31,376 bases of DNA from a virus. Taxonomy: Duplodnaviria; Caudoviricetes. This document shows positions 1-9,003 of the stretch, piece by piece. The position numbers were made by a program, and so were the translations under genes. The DNA lies in the IMG/VR virus record IMGVR_UViG_3300032279_000009, positions 1 to 31,376 of that record. One strand, given 5' to 3'. A model generated the notes under the pieces. That model did not search any database. It saw only the letters and a program-made list of their open reading frames with translations, and was not told the origin of the DNA. Position 1 is the stretch's first letter. Each line of letters begins with the position of its first letter.

Positions 1-468
1 CATTTCAGGTGGGCTTTGGTACACCATCGTTTCCCTGATCGTCACTTCCAATGCCGCCATCTGATCCAACGCCATGACCCGCTTCAGCGCGGCTTCCATG
101 TAATTTTGGTTGGGGTCGTAGACAGTCTTGGACTTTTCTTCCTCTTCCCTTATGTGAGACGCTAACTGCTCCTGAAGCCTAAAGAACTCGGTGAGGTGTT
201 TGACCACATCGACCATGACTTGGGTTTCGTTGACAGCTACATACTTTTCCTTTTTTCGCGGCGCTTGCGCCACAGGCTTGGGCGCGGCTGGCTTGGCTCC
301 AAAGAGCTTTGCCCAGAATCCTCTGACCTCGTTGGCAACACCAATAGCTTCTTCAACAGTGGACTTGACCTCCATGAAGCTGGACTTGGCCTGCTTGTAA
401 AGGTCGCATCCTTCCTTGATAGCGGCAACGCAGGCGTTGGCAGCAAAGAGGATCGTGATCGGATCAAT
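1..468 (-). CDS. Hypothetical phage protein, truncated by the left edge of the window, with a probable ATT start ([28 protein letters not shown]...)
   Basis: I translated it by hand: the frame is open for 156 codons from 468 to 1. An in-frame TAA (469-471) sits directly upstream, and GAGG (475-478) lies 6 nt before the ATT. It is absent from the ORF track. Confidence 0.75.
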   Translation of the reverse strand, partial: MDPITILFAANACVAAIKEGCDLYKQAKSSFMEVKSTVEEAIGVANEVRGFWAKLFGAKPAAPKPVAQAPRKKEKYVAVNETQVMVDVVKHLTEFFRLQEQLASHIREEEEKSKTVYDPNQNYMEAALKRVMALDQMAALEVTIRETMVYQSPPEM

Positions 469-631
469 TTACAACCTCATCTGCTGGCTCTGGTGTGTTG
501 CCTTCAGCCACCCAAGCAAGATAGGCTTGGTAGTCGGTGTTGTTGGGGTCGAAGGGAATGTATGAATTGTCGGACAGCCGTTTGACTTGGTCTTGCTCGT
601 TACGAACATTTAATGGACATAATTTATACAT
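464..631 (-). CDS. 55-aa putative tail fibre assembly/chaperone protein (MYKLCPLNV...[31 protein letters not shown])
   Basis: The ATG directly follows the TAA of the 364-aa gene (TAAATG). It is a paralog of 1726-1890, sharing [25 protein letters not shown]. It is below the ORF-track length cutoff. Confidence 0.85.
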   Translation of the reverse strand: MYKLCPLNVRNEQDQVKRLSDNSYIPFDPNNTDYQAYLAWVAEGNTPEPADEVVN

Positions 632-1726
632 TTATAACTCCGCTGATGCTGTTGCATGAAATTCATATGTTTGAGCGGCTACAGCATTTGTTGATGTCAA
701 TACGTAAGACAAAAAAGAATTTGTGCCGCTGTTTGCTACACTTGATACTGTAAGAGTTGATGCAGAATTACTGTAAACATTAATTCTGTCCACAGTTCCT
801 GTTTGTGAATATAAGGTTACAGTTGGCGTTACTCTCATTGATACTGGCAACCTTGGATTAAATGCCTTTAATCTAGATAAAGTCCCGTCTGCTAAAGTCT
901 CACAATACACAGAGCCTACATTAGTGCTTGTGCCAACAGCAACATCGGTATTATATGTTTTATAAAAATACCGCTGGCACAAAGCCAACTCAGTGCCATA
1001 CGGCCTGTAGTCAAAGCTCGTTGCTGTTGAGCCTTTCTCAAGCTGGACACCTGTGATGTAGAAAGTGGCGCCGTTTGTGCCGACTACGCTGGTTGCGCCT
1101 GTGGCTGATAGGTATAAACTACCTGACCAAGAGCCAGCCGTCCCACTATATGTAGAACCTACGCCAAGACCCCAGCGGATTGTAATACCAATGCCATTAG
1201 TCGTAAGCCATGTTCCTGTTGTATCACCTGCAATAGTTACAGTTTTTTGTTCCCAAGTGTTGGCCGCACTAATGGTATATGTGTATGGATAAGAGCGATT
1301 GCTTGCACTATTAAGAAGAGCGCCTCCAAAAGTTCCTGTAAGGCTTGAGCGAACCCAAAATGATAGCGTCACAGCTTGTGCGCTTGCAGTTCCCCAGCCA
1401 AGATCAGAACAGTTAAGCCCCTCAATCTTCTGGTCAATCGTATAGTAATCACTAGCGCCTACAGAAGTCGCAGCAGATGATGTGATAAGTAATGAGTTTA
1501 CGAATCCACTAGGAGCTTGGCTTGATTGCTGCCCAGTAAACTTTGAAGTTACTGTCCCCGTGATACGGAAGCGATCAACAGGGTAAACATCATTAGTTGT
1601 TTGAGTAACACTCGCCCCCGCATTCCTTTGGTCAATAACCATTGCGCCGTTGATGATGCGGTTTTTAAATCCTGTGTACTGGGCCGTGGAACTCAGCAGC
1701 CCTTGATCGACTTGTGTCAGTGACAT
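632..1726 (-). CDS. Tail fibre / receptor-binding-like protein, 364 aa
   Basis: S/T/G-rich beta composition. It carries [17 protein letters not shown] and [29 protein letters not shown], motifs I recognise from carbohydrate-binding-like fibre proteins of aquatic phages, and is followed by a small chaperone-like gene. Confidence 0.75.
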   Translation of the reverse strand: MSLTQVDQGLLSSTAQYTGFKNRIINGAMVIDQRNAGASVTQTTNDVYPVDRFRITGTVTSKFTGQQSSQAPSGFVNSLLITSSAATSVGASDYYTIDQKIEGLNCSDLGWGTASAQAVTLSFWVRSSLTGTFGGALLNSASNRSYPYTYTISAANTWEQKTVTIAGDTTGTWLTTNGIGITIRWGLGVGSTYSGTAGSWSGSLYLSATGATSVVGTNGATFYITGVQLEKGSTATSFDYRPYGTELALCQRYFYKTYNTDVAVGTSTNVGSVYCETLADGTLSRLKAFNPRLPVSMRVTPTVTLYSQTGTVDRINVYSNSASTLTVSSVANSGTNSFLSYVLTSTNAVAAQTYEFHATASAEL

Positions 1727-1890
1727 TATGTGTTCTCCTCTGCGGGAAGGGGTGTGTTGCCTTCAGCAAGCCAAGCAAGATAGGCTTGGTAGTCGGTGTT
1801 GGCGGGGTCAAATGAAATGAAAGCGTTGTCTGATAGACGTAAAACTACACCTACTACACCAGTAATTTTGTCTTTTATAAGTTGATACAT
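1726..1890 (-). CDS. 54-aa putative tail fibre assembly/chaperone protein (start corrected to MYQLIKDK)
   Basis: The ATG at 1888-1890 is 2 nt after the upstream stop. It is a paralog of 464-631. Confidence 0.8.
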   Translation of the reverse strand: MYQLIKDKITGVVGVVLRLSDNAFISFDPANTDYQAYLAWLAEGNTPLPAEENT

Positions 1891-1892
1891 AA

Positions 1893-2918
1893 TCAAAGCT
1901 CCGAAGATGATGCCCAATTAGCACGGAAATAACTAGCAGAACCAGTTGCATTAGCTATTGAGTCCGCACGAAAACCTACAGTTGATTCTTCACCAACAGT
2001 AATTGTGTTGGGAAATCCTGTATTGGCAATGTTAGACAGTGTTGTTGTTGGGTTTGCTCTTTTAGTAACCGCATATTTAACAGGAAAATAGTAAACGCCT
2101 GAAGATGTAGTATTTCCACACCAAAAAAGAGATGTATTTATGCCATCAGATTTCTCAAAATACCGCTGGCACAAAGCCAACTCAGTGCCATACGGCCTGT
2201 TTTCAAACGGTGTGGCAGTGGAGCCTGCTTCAAGTTGTACGCCTGTGATGTAGAACGTGGCTGTGTTTGTGCCAACTACGCTGGTTGCGCCTGTGGCTGA
2301 GACAAAGTTACCAGCCGCCCATGCACCAGCAGTTCCACTAAATGTCGTTCCAACACCAAGACTAAAACCAACAACTATTCCAATTCCATTTGTAGTCAAC
2401 CAAGTACCCGATGTATCACCAGCAACAGTTATAGATTTTTGTTCCCATGTGTTTGCAACGCTGATTGTGTAAGTAAATGGATATGAACGATTAGCGGCAG
2501 AGTTTTTAAGCACACCTCCAAAAGTACCAGTCAGAGAACTGCGAACCCAGAACGACAAAGTAACTGTAGAAGCTGAAGCCGTACCCCATGCCAAATCAGC
2601 CATGTTGTAACCTTCAACTGCTTGAAGAATAGAAAAATAATCTCCTGCAAGTAATGAATAAGCAGATAAAGATGTTATCCCTTGATAATTTGAAAATCCA
2701 GCGGGTGGAGTCACGCTTGCCGCATTCTGCTGAACTGAGTATTTTGAAGATTGTGTTCTGGTGCAGTTCCAGCGGTCTAAAACATATACGTCCGCAGATG
2801 TAGGTGTAACACTCGCCCCCGCATTCCTCTGGTCAATAACCATTGCGCCGTTGATGATCCTGTTGCGGAAGGTTGTATTGTTCGACCCGCCCTGTGCAAT
2901 TGAGACTGCGTTTGTCAT
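1893..2918 (-). CDS. Tail fibre / receptor-binding-like protein, 341 aa, paralog of 632-1726
   Basis: It has the same [21 protein letters not shown]...[16 protein letters not shown]...[14 protein letters not shown] core and a divergent C-terminus. Confidence 0.75.
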   Translation of the reverse strand: MTNAVSIAQGGSNNTTFRNRIINGAMVIDQRNAGASVTPTSADVYVLDRWNCTRTQSSKYSVQQNAASVTPPAGFSNYQGITSLSAYSLLAGDYFSILQAVEGYNMADLAWGTASASTVTLSFWVRSSLTGTFGGVLKNSAANRSYPFTYTISVANTWEQKSITVAGDTSGTWLTTNGIGIVVGFSLGVGTTFSGTAGAWAAGNFVSATGATSVVGTNTATFYITGVQLEAGSTATPFENRPYGTELALCQRYFEKSDGINTSLFWCGNTTSSGVYYFPVKYAVTKRANPTTTLSNIANTGFPNTITVGEESTVGFRADSIANATGSASYFRANWASSSEL

Positions 2919-2923
2919 GGTGT

Positions 2924-3970
2924 TTACTCGTAAAGAATGTTGATTGAACCAGCATCAAAGGTGTCTGTGCCGCCTACTGTAGTGATGCGTACGCGGTCAA
3001 GAGTAGCTGACAGAGTAACAGTTCCAGCAGTTGTTGCTGATCTACTTGTTCCCGCGCTTCTAAAAATATTTCCTGAATAAGACCAAATATTTCCAGATAA
3101 ATTTACTATCGTAATAATGCCGTTGTAAGTATCCGCCGCGGCTGGTGTGCCAGCTTGTAAAGCAATTTCAGTAGCTGAACTATTAGTTAAAATATTATTT
3201 ACTGTATATATTTCACCCGCACCTCCAGCATATCCTGTGGATGCTATTCCTGATGAAGTTCCTACTCTTAAAGCCCAAAATGAAGTCCCACTTGTAGAAA
3301 CCCCATTTAACATCACAGTGATTCGCTTGACCCATGACGGGATGCTGGTGAAGTCGATTGAAGTGCCACTGGTAGATGCTTGAGCAGTACCAGATGTAAT
3401 AACACTTGCTCCCATCACTGGAGTACCAGAAATTGTTGGGCTGACCAATGTTTGGCTTGTGCTTGAGCCGTTGGTTTGAGCCACCGCATTGATAACCGAG
3501 CTTACGAAGAAGCTTATGGTGGTAATTGTGTCGCCCAATGTCGCGGCGTTAGTCAAAACAACCGTAGTTCCTGTTGTGGCTGTGTAATCAGCCGTGGGTA
3601 AGTACACGCCGTTCCTGTACACATCAACATAGCCAACGGTGTAAGAAGGGATGGTGAAGCTTGTCTGTCCTGCCGTGGCGGTTGTGTTCGTCACAGTCCT
3701 GTAGGCTGTTGTTGTCACGCCTGAAGCTGGGATACCAAGATACCGCACAGAAATGTTGCTTGTTCCTGTTGGCGGGGCGGCAGAAAACGTCAGGGTGGTT
3801 CCTGATACAGAGTATGTCGATGGGTCTTGCAATACCCCTGTGATCGCCACAATGATTGAAGATGTGGTGGCAGGAGCCACCGTCATGGTGAATGCAACAG
3901 TCGATCCATTTCCGCTGAACGTATCAGTCAGGAAGGCCGCTGTAAAGGGTTCGTTGCCGATGTAGCTCAT
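2924..3970 (-). CDS. Tail fibre protein, 348 aa
   Basis: T/S/G-rich. The N-terminal MSYIGNEP...FSGNGST.AFT module is shared with 4748-6202, and the C-terminal domain reads STSGTSIDFTSIPSWVKRIT...FDAGSINILYE. Confidence 0.7.
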   Translation of the reverse strand: MSYIGNEPFTAAFLTDTFSGNGSTVAFTMTVAPATTSSIIVAITGVLQDPSTYSVSGTTLTFSAAPPTGTSNISVRYLGIPASGVTTTAYRTVTNTTATAGQTSFTIPSYTVGYVDVYRNGVYLPTADYTATTGTTVVLTNAATLGDTITTISFFVSSVINAVAQTNGSSTSQTLVSPTISGTPVMGASVITSGTAQASTSGTSIDFTSIPSWVKRITVMLNGVSTSGTSFWALRVGTSSGIASTGYAGGAGEIYTVNNILTNSSATEIALQAGTPAAADTYNGIITIVNLSGNIWSYSGNIFRSAGTSRSATTAGTVTLSATLDRVRITTVGGTDTFDAGSINILYE

Positions 3971-4209
3971 GGTCGTGCTTCCAATTGAGCTTGGTAGGCC
4001 GCAATAACTTCAGCAGTCCATGCCACGTTGCAGATAGCCGCTACGTTGGCGGGCACACCAGTCAGGTCTTGGCCCGGTGACAGGCTTGAACGATGGTATG
4101 TCTTGCTGATTTCATTGCCATCTTCCATGATGCGTGTAGCTTCACGGTACAACACGATACCGTTTTCAGTGACGGTGATTTGGTCTACGTTGGTTGTTTT
4201 TGTAAGCAT
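3967..4209 (-). CDS. 80-aa putative fibre chaperone (start corrected to MLTKTTNVDQITV)
   Basis: An AAAGGA RBS precedes the ATG at 4207-4209. It follows an LDDYEEGTW fibre gene and ends ICNVAWTAEVIAAYQA. Confidence 0.7.
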   Translation of the reverse strand: MLTKTTNVDQITVTENGIVLYREATRIMEDGNEISKTYHRSSLSPGQDLTGVPANVAAICNVAWTAEVIAAYQAQLEARP

Positions 4210-4220
4210 GGCTTGTCCTT

Positions 4221-4748
4221 TTAAGATGTTGTAAAGTATGTAAACGTGCCAATCCATCCATAAACATTTGTAACAGTGGATGATTGGTCATACCTGCGTA
4301 AAGCTGCGGTATTCGTGTTAATAGACCCAATAACTTCCCACATATATCCCGTAACAGAATTTTCTCTTGATGCTCCAACTGGAGCTGGAACTGTATTTTC
4401 AATAGTAAAAGGAAGACCAGAAAATTCGTTTATAGCAGTAACTGTTCCACTATTAATAAACATAGAAAAAGTGACAGTAACGTGCTTGCCAATTTTTATA
4501 TATCTGCCAGAAGAAGTTTGAGCTGTAATTGTTCCTGTTGTTGGAATTAAAACTGGTGACCAAGTCCCCTCTTCATAATCATCCAGCGTGTTTACGTCAG
4601 ATGATGCTGATTGAGTTGCAGGAAAGGTGATGCCCGCACCGGAAGCCGCAGGTGTGGCGTTGCCCACACCCATTGTGGTTGTGATGATTGGCGTGGTCAG
4701 GGCAATAGATGCATCCAACCCTGCTTGACTTATTGTGCTAACGGGCAT
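4221..4748 (-). CDS. Short tail fibre-like protein, 175 aa
   Basis: It contains GITFPATQSASSDVNTLDDYEEGTW..GRYIKIG..VTV..GLPFT, a fibre C-terminal domain common in aquatic phages. Confidence 0.7.
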   Translation of the reverse strand: MPVSTISQAGLDASIALTTPIITTTMGVGNATPAASGAGITFPATQSASSDVNTLDDYEEGTWSPVLIPTTGTITAQTSSGRYIKIGKHVTVTFSMFINSGTVTAINEFSGLPFTIENTVPAPVGASRENSVTGYMWEVIGSINTNTAALRRYDQSSTVTNVYGWIGTFTYFTTS

Positions 4749-6202
4749 TATTTGTTCTCCAGTGCGGTGATGCGGTCAGTCAGCGTGGTGATGAGGGCTT
4801 GTTGTTCTTGGATGCACTTCATCAGCGCATATTGCAAATCAGTTTGGTAAATTGACAAACGTACTTTAGAACCATCCCTCTTTGAAGACCAATCAGATTC
4901 CATAACCAATTCAGGGGCTACTGCTTGAACGTCTTGGGCAACAACACCCAATGTCAAACCATCATCTTCTTCAAGGTTTTGGTCAAGGTAATTAAAAGTT
5001 TGAACAGGTATGGCACAAATTACATCAAGATAAGACTTAGCTGGCGCAAAGTTTGTTTTCTCTCTGCGGTCAGAAAGGTTTACGTTATTAGCGGAAAAGT
5101 TAGCAATACCACCATTTGACCGTGCGGAAAATTTCAAACCTACAGTATCGTTTCCATAATAAAATTCACTGCCAGTATTATTAGGTGCAGTGCCAGTGTA
5201 ACTAACTTGTACTCCCGAAGGATTTGATGCATGTGAATTTCTAAAAATAACCATTTGGCTTGCACCAGAAGTTAATACACCAAATTTTTCTGTTGAAACT
5301 GGGCTTGTAGTCCCCACCAGCAAGTTACCGCTGGTGTCGATACGCATCTTTTCTGATGGTGGAGAAGCAGTTGCATCTAATGCAAATGTTAAAGCGTTGG
5401 AATTCTTAGCGGAGGATCCAATACCAATTACCCAACTATTACCATAAGCCGCCAAAACAGTTTCCGCAGAAGCAGATGAACCGGCAGATTGATTATTAAC
5501 AATGAGCCGTGTATATGAGTTCTGGTCTTTGTAAATACTGGTAAATCCACCCCAAGTTGCAGCAGGTGAACTCGTACCAATCCCCACATTACCAGAGGTA
5601 TCAATCCTGACTCTCTCACTGCCTCCTGTGGAAAAGGTCATTGGCAGGTATGTGCCTGTTCCTGTTTTGTCAGCATTAATAAGGGATTGTGATAACGTTC
5701 CATTGGCTTCAATGCTAATGGTTGATGCATTTGCAGAGTCGGATGTAGAAAATGCTTGAATGCGAGTATTTGTGCCTGTTCCGTTTGGAATTGCCGCAAT
5801 AAGAGTATTTCCATTTGTTGTACTGCTTTGAAACAAAACCCGATTTGCAGTAGTCGCATTACTAAAGTCACCAGTGATGCGAGCGCTAGAGCTACTGAAT
5901 TGCAAATCACCAAACACTTGCGGGTTTTGTGGTAATGCCACCACCTGAGTAATCGGGCTGGTGTAGTACACATAAATATTGTTCGTGCCACTTGATGGGG
6001 CAGATGTGAACGTGATTGTGTTGCTATTGACCGTGTATGCCGATGCTGGATTCTGCGCCACGTTGTTGACAACCACCTGCACCTGAGCGACAGATGCAAC
6101 CGGGCGGGACAGCGTAAACGCTGTGGTAGAAGCATTGCCATTGAAATAATCAATGACAGGGCTGAACGCTTGCTGTGTTGGGGTATTGCCTACGTAACTC
6201 AT
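4748..6202 (-). CDS. Tail fibre/spike with a C-terminal intramolecular chaperone (peptidase S74) domain, 484 aa
   Basis: Autocleavage motif NLSDRREKTN, then GVVAQDVQAVAPELV and a terminal coiled coil (LMKCIQEQQALITTLTDRITALE). Internal repeats ERVRIDTSGNVGIGT and EKMRIDTSGNLLVGT. Confidence 0.9.
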   Translation of the reverse strand: MSYVGNTPTQQAFSPVIDYFNGNASTTAFTLSRPVASVAQVQVVVNNVAQNPASAYTVNSNTITFTSAPSSGTNNIYVYYTSPITQVVALPQNPQVFGDLQFSSSSARITGDFSNATTANRVLFQSSTTNGNTLIAAIPNGTGTNTRIQAFSTSDSANASTISIEANGTLSQSLINADKTGTGTYLPMTFSTGGSERVRIDTSGNVGIGTSSPAATWGGFTSIYKDQNSYTRLIVNNQSAGSSASAETVLAAYGNSWVIGIGSSAKNSNALTFALDATASPPSEKMRIDTSGNLLVGTTSPVSTEKFGVLTSGASQMVIFRNSHASNPSGVQVSYTGTAPNNTGSEFYYGNDTVGLKFSARSNGGIANFSANNVNLSDRREKTNFAPAKSYLDVICAIPVQTFNYLDQNLEEDDGLTLGVVAQDVQAVAPELVMESDWSSKRDGSKVRLSIYQTDLQYALMKCIQEQQALITTLTDRITALENK

Positions 6203-6525
6203 GTGATATTCAGTACAGAAGTGATTACGTCCGCAGAAGCTGCGGCAGAAGAGATAACCTTCAGTGCATCGCCTGTCACAAGCACAGTCTTTTGGTCACC
6301 GCCCACAACAACCAATGTGCCGCCAACAGGAACCGTGGCACTTTTGATGAGGTAGTAGTCAACAGCCGAAACTGTGATAAACGCGCTCACCGTGATTGGG
6401 GATGTCGTGGTGTTTGCCAAAGACAAGCCGATGATGGTGGTCTGCGTTGAAACGCCCACAGTGACAACGGTGGCAGCTGAAGTGCCAACGTCTTTGTTCA
6501 AGTATCGTGTGAATGTATTTGCCAT
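6199..6525 (-). CDS. Small beta-rich tail-associated protein, 108 aa (MANTF...)
   Basis: All-beta composition. It follows a fibre ending AMAIALG, a gene pairing I recall from aquatic phages. Confidence 0.65.
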   Translation of the reverse strand: MANTFTRYLNKDVGTSAATVVTVGVSTQTTIIGLSLANTTTSPITVSAFITVSAVDYYLIKSATVPVGGTLVVVGGDQKTVLVTGDALKVISSAAASADVITSVLNIT

Positions 6526-6528
6526 GAT

Positions 6529-7653
6529 TTATCCTAATGCGATTGCCATTGCGACTGCCGTTCCCTCTGGATCGACCTGAAGATTCGTCTGTGCGCCAGC
6601 CACCGTTGTTGCGCCTGTACCGCCATAACTTACAGCTAATGCATTTGTCAGCACTAGGCTTTCAGTATTAATAACGCTGAAATAATCGATAGCGTTTAAG
6701 TTTGTTCCTGTAAAAGTGGAATTAGTTTTATCATAAACAAGGTTCAAAATACTGTAAGAACCTGCAAGACTTACCCGTTCTACGCCAGTTCCTGCTGAAT
6801 TTAAAATAAAACTATTAGCCAGCGTGATAAAGCTACCAACACTTGAAGTTACAGCGTTAGATGTGGGACTTCCAGCAAAAATAGCAGAACCATCAATTTG
6901 CAAAGTTCCAGCCGTTACGCTTGGAGTAAGAACTTGTATTGAGTCTTTGATTAAAACATTAGCGCTGGCATTGCTTACAGCCACAGACCAGTTTTTGTTT
7001 CCTAAAATAGAAACTGCGCCAGCGCCTGAAATTTGCACACCCGATGTACATTGCAACTCGCTGTTGATAATCTCAACGTAGTTTGAGCCTGATTTGATAA
7101 GTTGCGTGTCTACAGTGCAATTTGAAATGTAAGTGTTACTTGATCCTGTAATGGTCAGGTTGGTTATTTTCAAGCCTGAAATACGGCAAGCGGCAGACGT
7201 AGTCAACGTTCCTGAAATTTGCGTGTTAGCGCCAGTTAGTTCTGTTGTTTCAATTGTTGTGTTTGTGCTTGATACGGTGGGGCTTTCGCTGTACGTCCCG
7301 GGGTGCACAACAACTGTATTTCTGCCGCCCGTGATTAATGTCAACGCTTTTGTAATCGTTAAAACAGGATTGATAAGCGTGCCATCGCCAGTCGTATCGT
7401 TACCGTCTTTGCTGACATGGATCTCTAATCCGTAGACAGAGTAATTGCCAACAGATCGTCCAGTTCCACCATTAGCTACAGGTATGACGCCGTTTACACC
7501 AGAAAATAACGTAACTGTACCTGCGACATTTCGGTAATAAAGCTTACCGTCAGCTTGGTTAATAGCCACTTCACCATTTGCCAATGCCGCAGGAACATTG
7601 GTTGTAGTGTTCGAGTAATATAGTTGTATGGGTGTAAAGCCTGCTTGTGCCAT
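6529..7653 (-). CDS. Tail fibre/spike with a probable beta-helix (pectin lyase-like) domain, 374 aa
   Basis: N-terminal LANGEVAINQADGKLYY anchor. IHVSKDGNDTTGDGT..PVLTITKAL..VHPGTYSE is a typical beta-helix cap, followed by N/S/I-rich rungs. Confidence 0.7.
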   Translation of the reverse strand: MAQAGFTPIQLYYSNTTTNVPAALANGEVAINQADGKLYYRNVAGTVTLFSGVNGVIPVANGGTGRSVGNYSVYGLEIHVSKDGNDTTGDGTLINPVLTITKALTLITGGRNTVVVHPGTYSESPTVSSTNTTIETTELTGANTQISGTLTTSAACRISGLKITNLTITGSSNTYISNCTVDTQLIKSGSNYVEIINSELQCTSGVQISGAGAVSILGNKNWSVAVSNASANVLIKDSIQVLTPSVTAGTLQIDGSAIFAGSPTSNAVTSSVGSFITLANSFILNSAGTGVERVSLAGSYSILNLVYDKTNSTFTGTNLNAIDYFSVINTESLVLTNALAVSYGGTGATTVAGAQTNLQVDPEGTAVAMAIALG

Positions 7654-7662
7654 TTCTTTCCT

Positions 7663-7938
7663 TTACGTCGGCCCGTACTTACCTTGGTAATCTGTCGACT
7701 GATTGTTTTGACCTGTGAGACTATCATCAGGCCTAGGAAAACGAATGGCAATCTTCTCAGGTTGCCTAGCCGGTAGCCTGTATGGGTCAAACTGATCTTT
7801 ACAACCCTGATCGCAAACTCGCAAACCAGGAAAGTTAGGGTCTGAACCCAAGTTGACATATGCACGCTTCATCTTACAGCGATCACATATTGCAATACTG
7901 AGTACTGAATTGCCTAGTGTGTCAAGAACGCGCGTCAT
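7663..7938 (-). CDS. Small Cys-rich (probable Zn-binding) protein, 91 aa
   Basis: Motifs CDRC...VCDQGC..FDP...PRPD. It lies directly downstream of the adaptor gene. Confidence 0.7.
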   Translation of the reverse strand: MTRVLDTLGNSVLSIAICDRCKMKRAYVNLGSDPNFPGLRVCDQGCKDQFDPYRLPARQPEKIAIRFPRPDDSLTGQNNQSTDYQGKYGPT

Positions 7939-7941
7939 CTC

Positions 7942-8994
7942 TTACCTTGTATAGTAACTTATATTGGGGGCAAAATAAATCGGCGACTTATCTCGCTCCT
8001 CTTGTTCTGCCATATTCCAATACTTATCAGCTTGTTGCTCCAGATATGTAGCTCTTGCCGGGTCAATTGCCGGTAGTTCTAACGCCATCTGATGTGCAAG
8101 CATGTTTTGAATTGCCAAATACCACCGTTGTGGGATTTCTAATTCGCCTGATAAGTCACCTACGTCTTGAACTTGTCGATGCCTCCAGACAACAATCTGA
8201 GGTTCATAAGTGTTAGACGATGGCCAAACGTACATGGCTGGTTGTGGAATCGTACGGTCAAACCAGTACTGCAGTGGTCTGTTGCTTAAGAAGTTCTTGT
8301 TCGGCAGATTGGTGTAGTCATCGCGGTTCAGTCGTGCCAAAGGTATTTCATTGGCATTTGAACCAAAAACCACCTGATACACACCCATATTCACACCAGC
8401 TGACTGCTTAATGCGCCAATACGGTTGCAGATTCGAAGGATCCAGATCATAGTAGATCCAAGTTCCTGCAACCCATGTTGTAGCCCCCGGACTATAAACA
8501 TTGGTCCACACGACACCGTCTGACGAGGTCTCGACGGTAAGCGTAACTGATCCAGAGACTGCAGGCAAAATGCCTACTGTGCCGATATAGATACTGGTTC
8601 CGAGAGCTACTCCGATGTACCCTGTATTGCTTGTCAGCTGACAGATATTCGTATAGATGCCGTCAAATGCATTTGCTGCAGTCCCAGATGAGCTATTTCC
8701 ACCTGTCGTATTTGCATTCAGCGTTCTGTAATTGGCATTCAGCACATCAATAGTGCCTACTGGCAGACTGTAGATGTACTTTTCTGGTGTTAGACCAAGA
8801 ATAACTTTATCAATGCACCAATAGTGAATCCCAACATTAGGGAGATTTGACAGAATATAGTAGAGACTATCCTTAGAAGCCTCGACTTGTTCAACTGTCA
8901 GTTCTTCAGCTAACTTTCCGGCTCGCCTTGCGCCATGGTCAATTAGCTTTTGTACTGAAATGACTGTTTGGCCGACTGTGCCTGATGTTGACAT
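7942..8994 (-). CDS. Putative head-tail adaptor/connector with an inserted beta-sandwich, 350 aa
   Basis: Helical N-terminus (KLIDHGARRAG) and C-terminus (IPQRWYLAIQNMLAHQMALEL...AEQEERD) resemble podovirus adaptor proteins. It lies between head and fibre genes. Confidence 0.55.
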   Translation of the reverse strand: MSTSGTVGQTVISVQKLIDHGARRAGKLAEELTVEQVEASKDSLYYILSNLPNVGIHYWCIDKVILGLTPEKYIYSLPVGTIDVLNANYRTLNANTTGGNSSSGTAANAFDGIYTNICQLTSNTGYIGVALGTSIYIGTVGILPAVSGSVTLTVETSSDGVVWTNVYSPGATTWVAGTWIYYDLDPSNLQPYWRIKQSAGVNMGVYQVVFGSNANEIPLARLNRDDYTNLPNKNFLSNRPLQYWFDRTIPQPAMYVWPSSNTYEPQIVVWRHRQVQDVGDLSGELEIPQRWYLAIQNMLAHQMALELPAIDPARATYLEQQADKYWNMAEQEERDKSPIYFAPNISYYTR

Positions 8995-9003
8995 AGTTCA
9001 CCT

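Noticed and set aside
191-585. ORF-track calls 191-400 (+), 196-585 (+) and 237-467 (-)
   Set aside because: They overlap better-supported minus-strand genes (464-631 and 1-468) on the opposite strand or in another frame.
1065-2472. Two similar + strand ORFs (1065-1292 and 2257-2472)
   Set aside because: They are antisense shadows of the paralogous fibre genes, which fully explains their similarity.
464-2918. Possible diversity-generating retroelement (TR/VR pair) among the fibre repeats
   Set aside because: Both copies lie in coding paralogs, the few mismatches are not adenine-specific, and there is no reverse transcriptase in the window.
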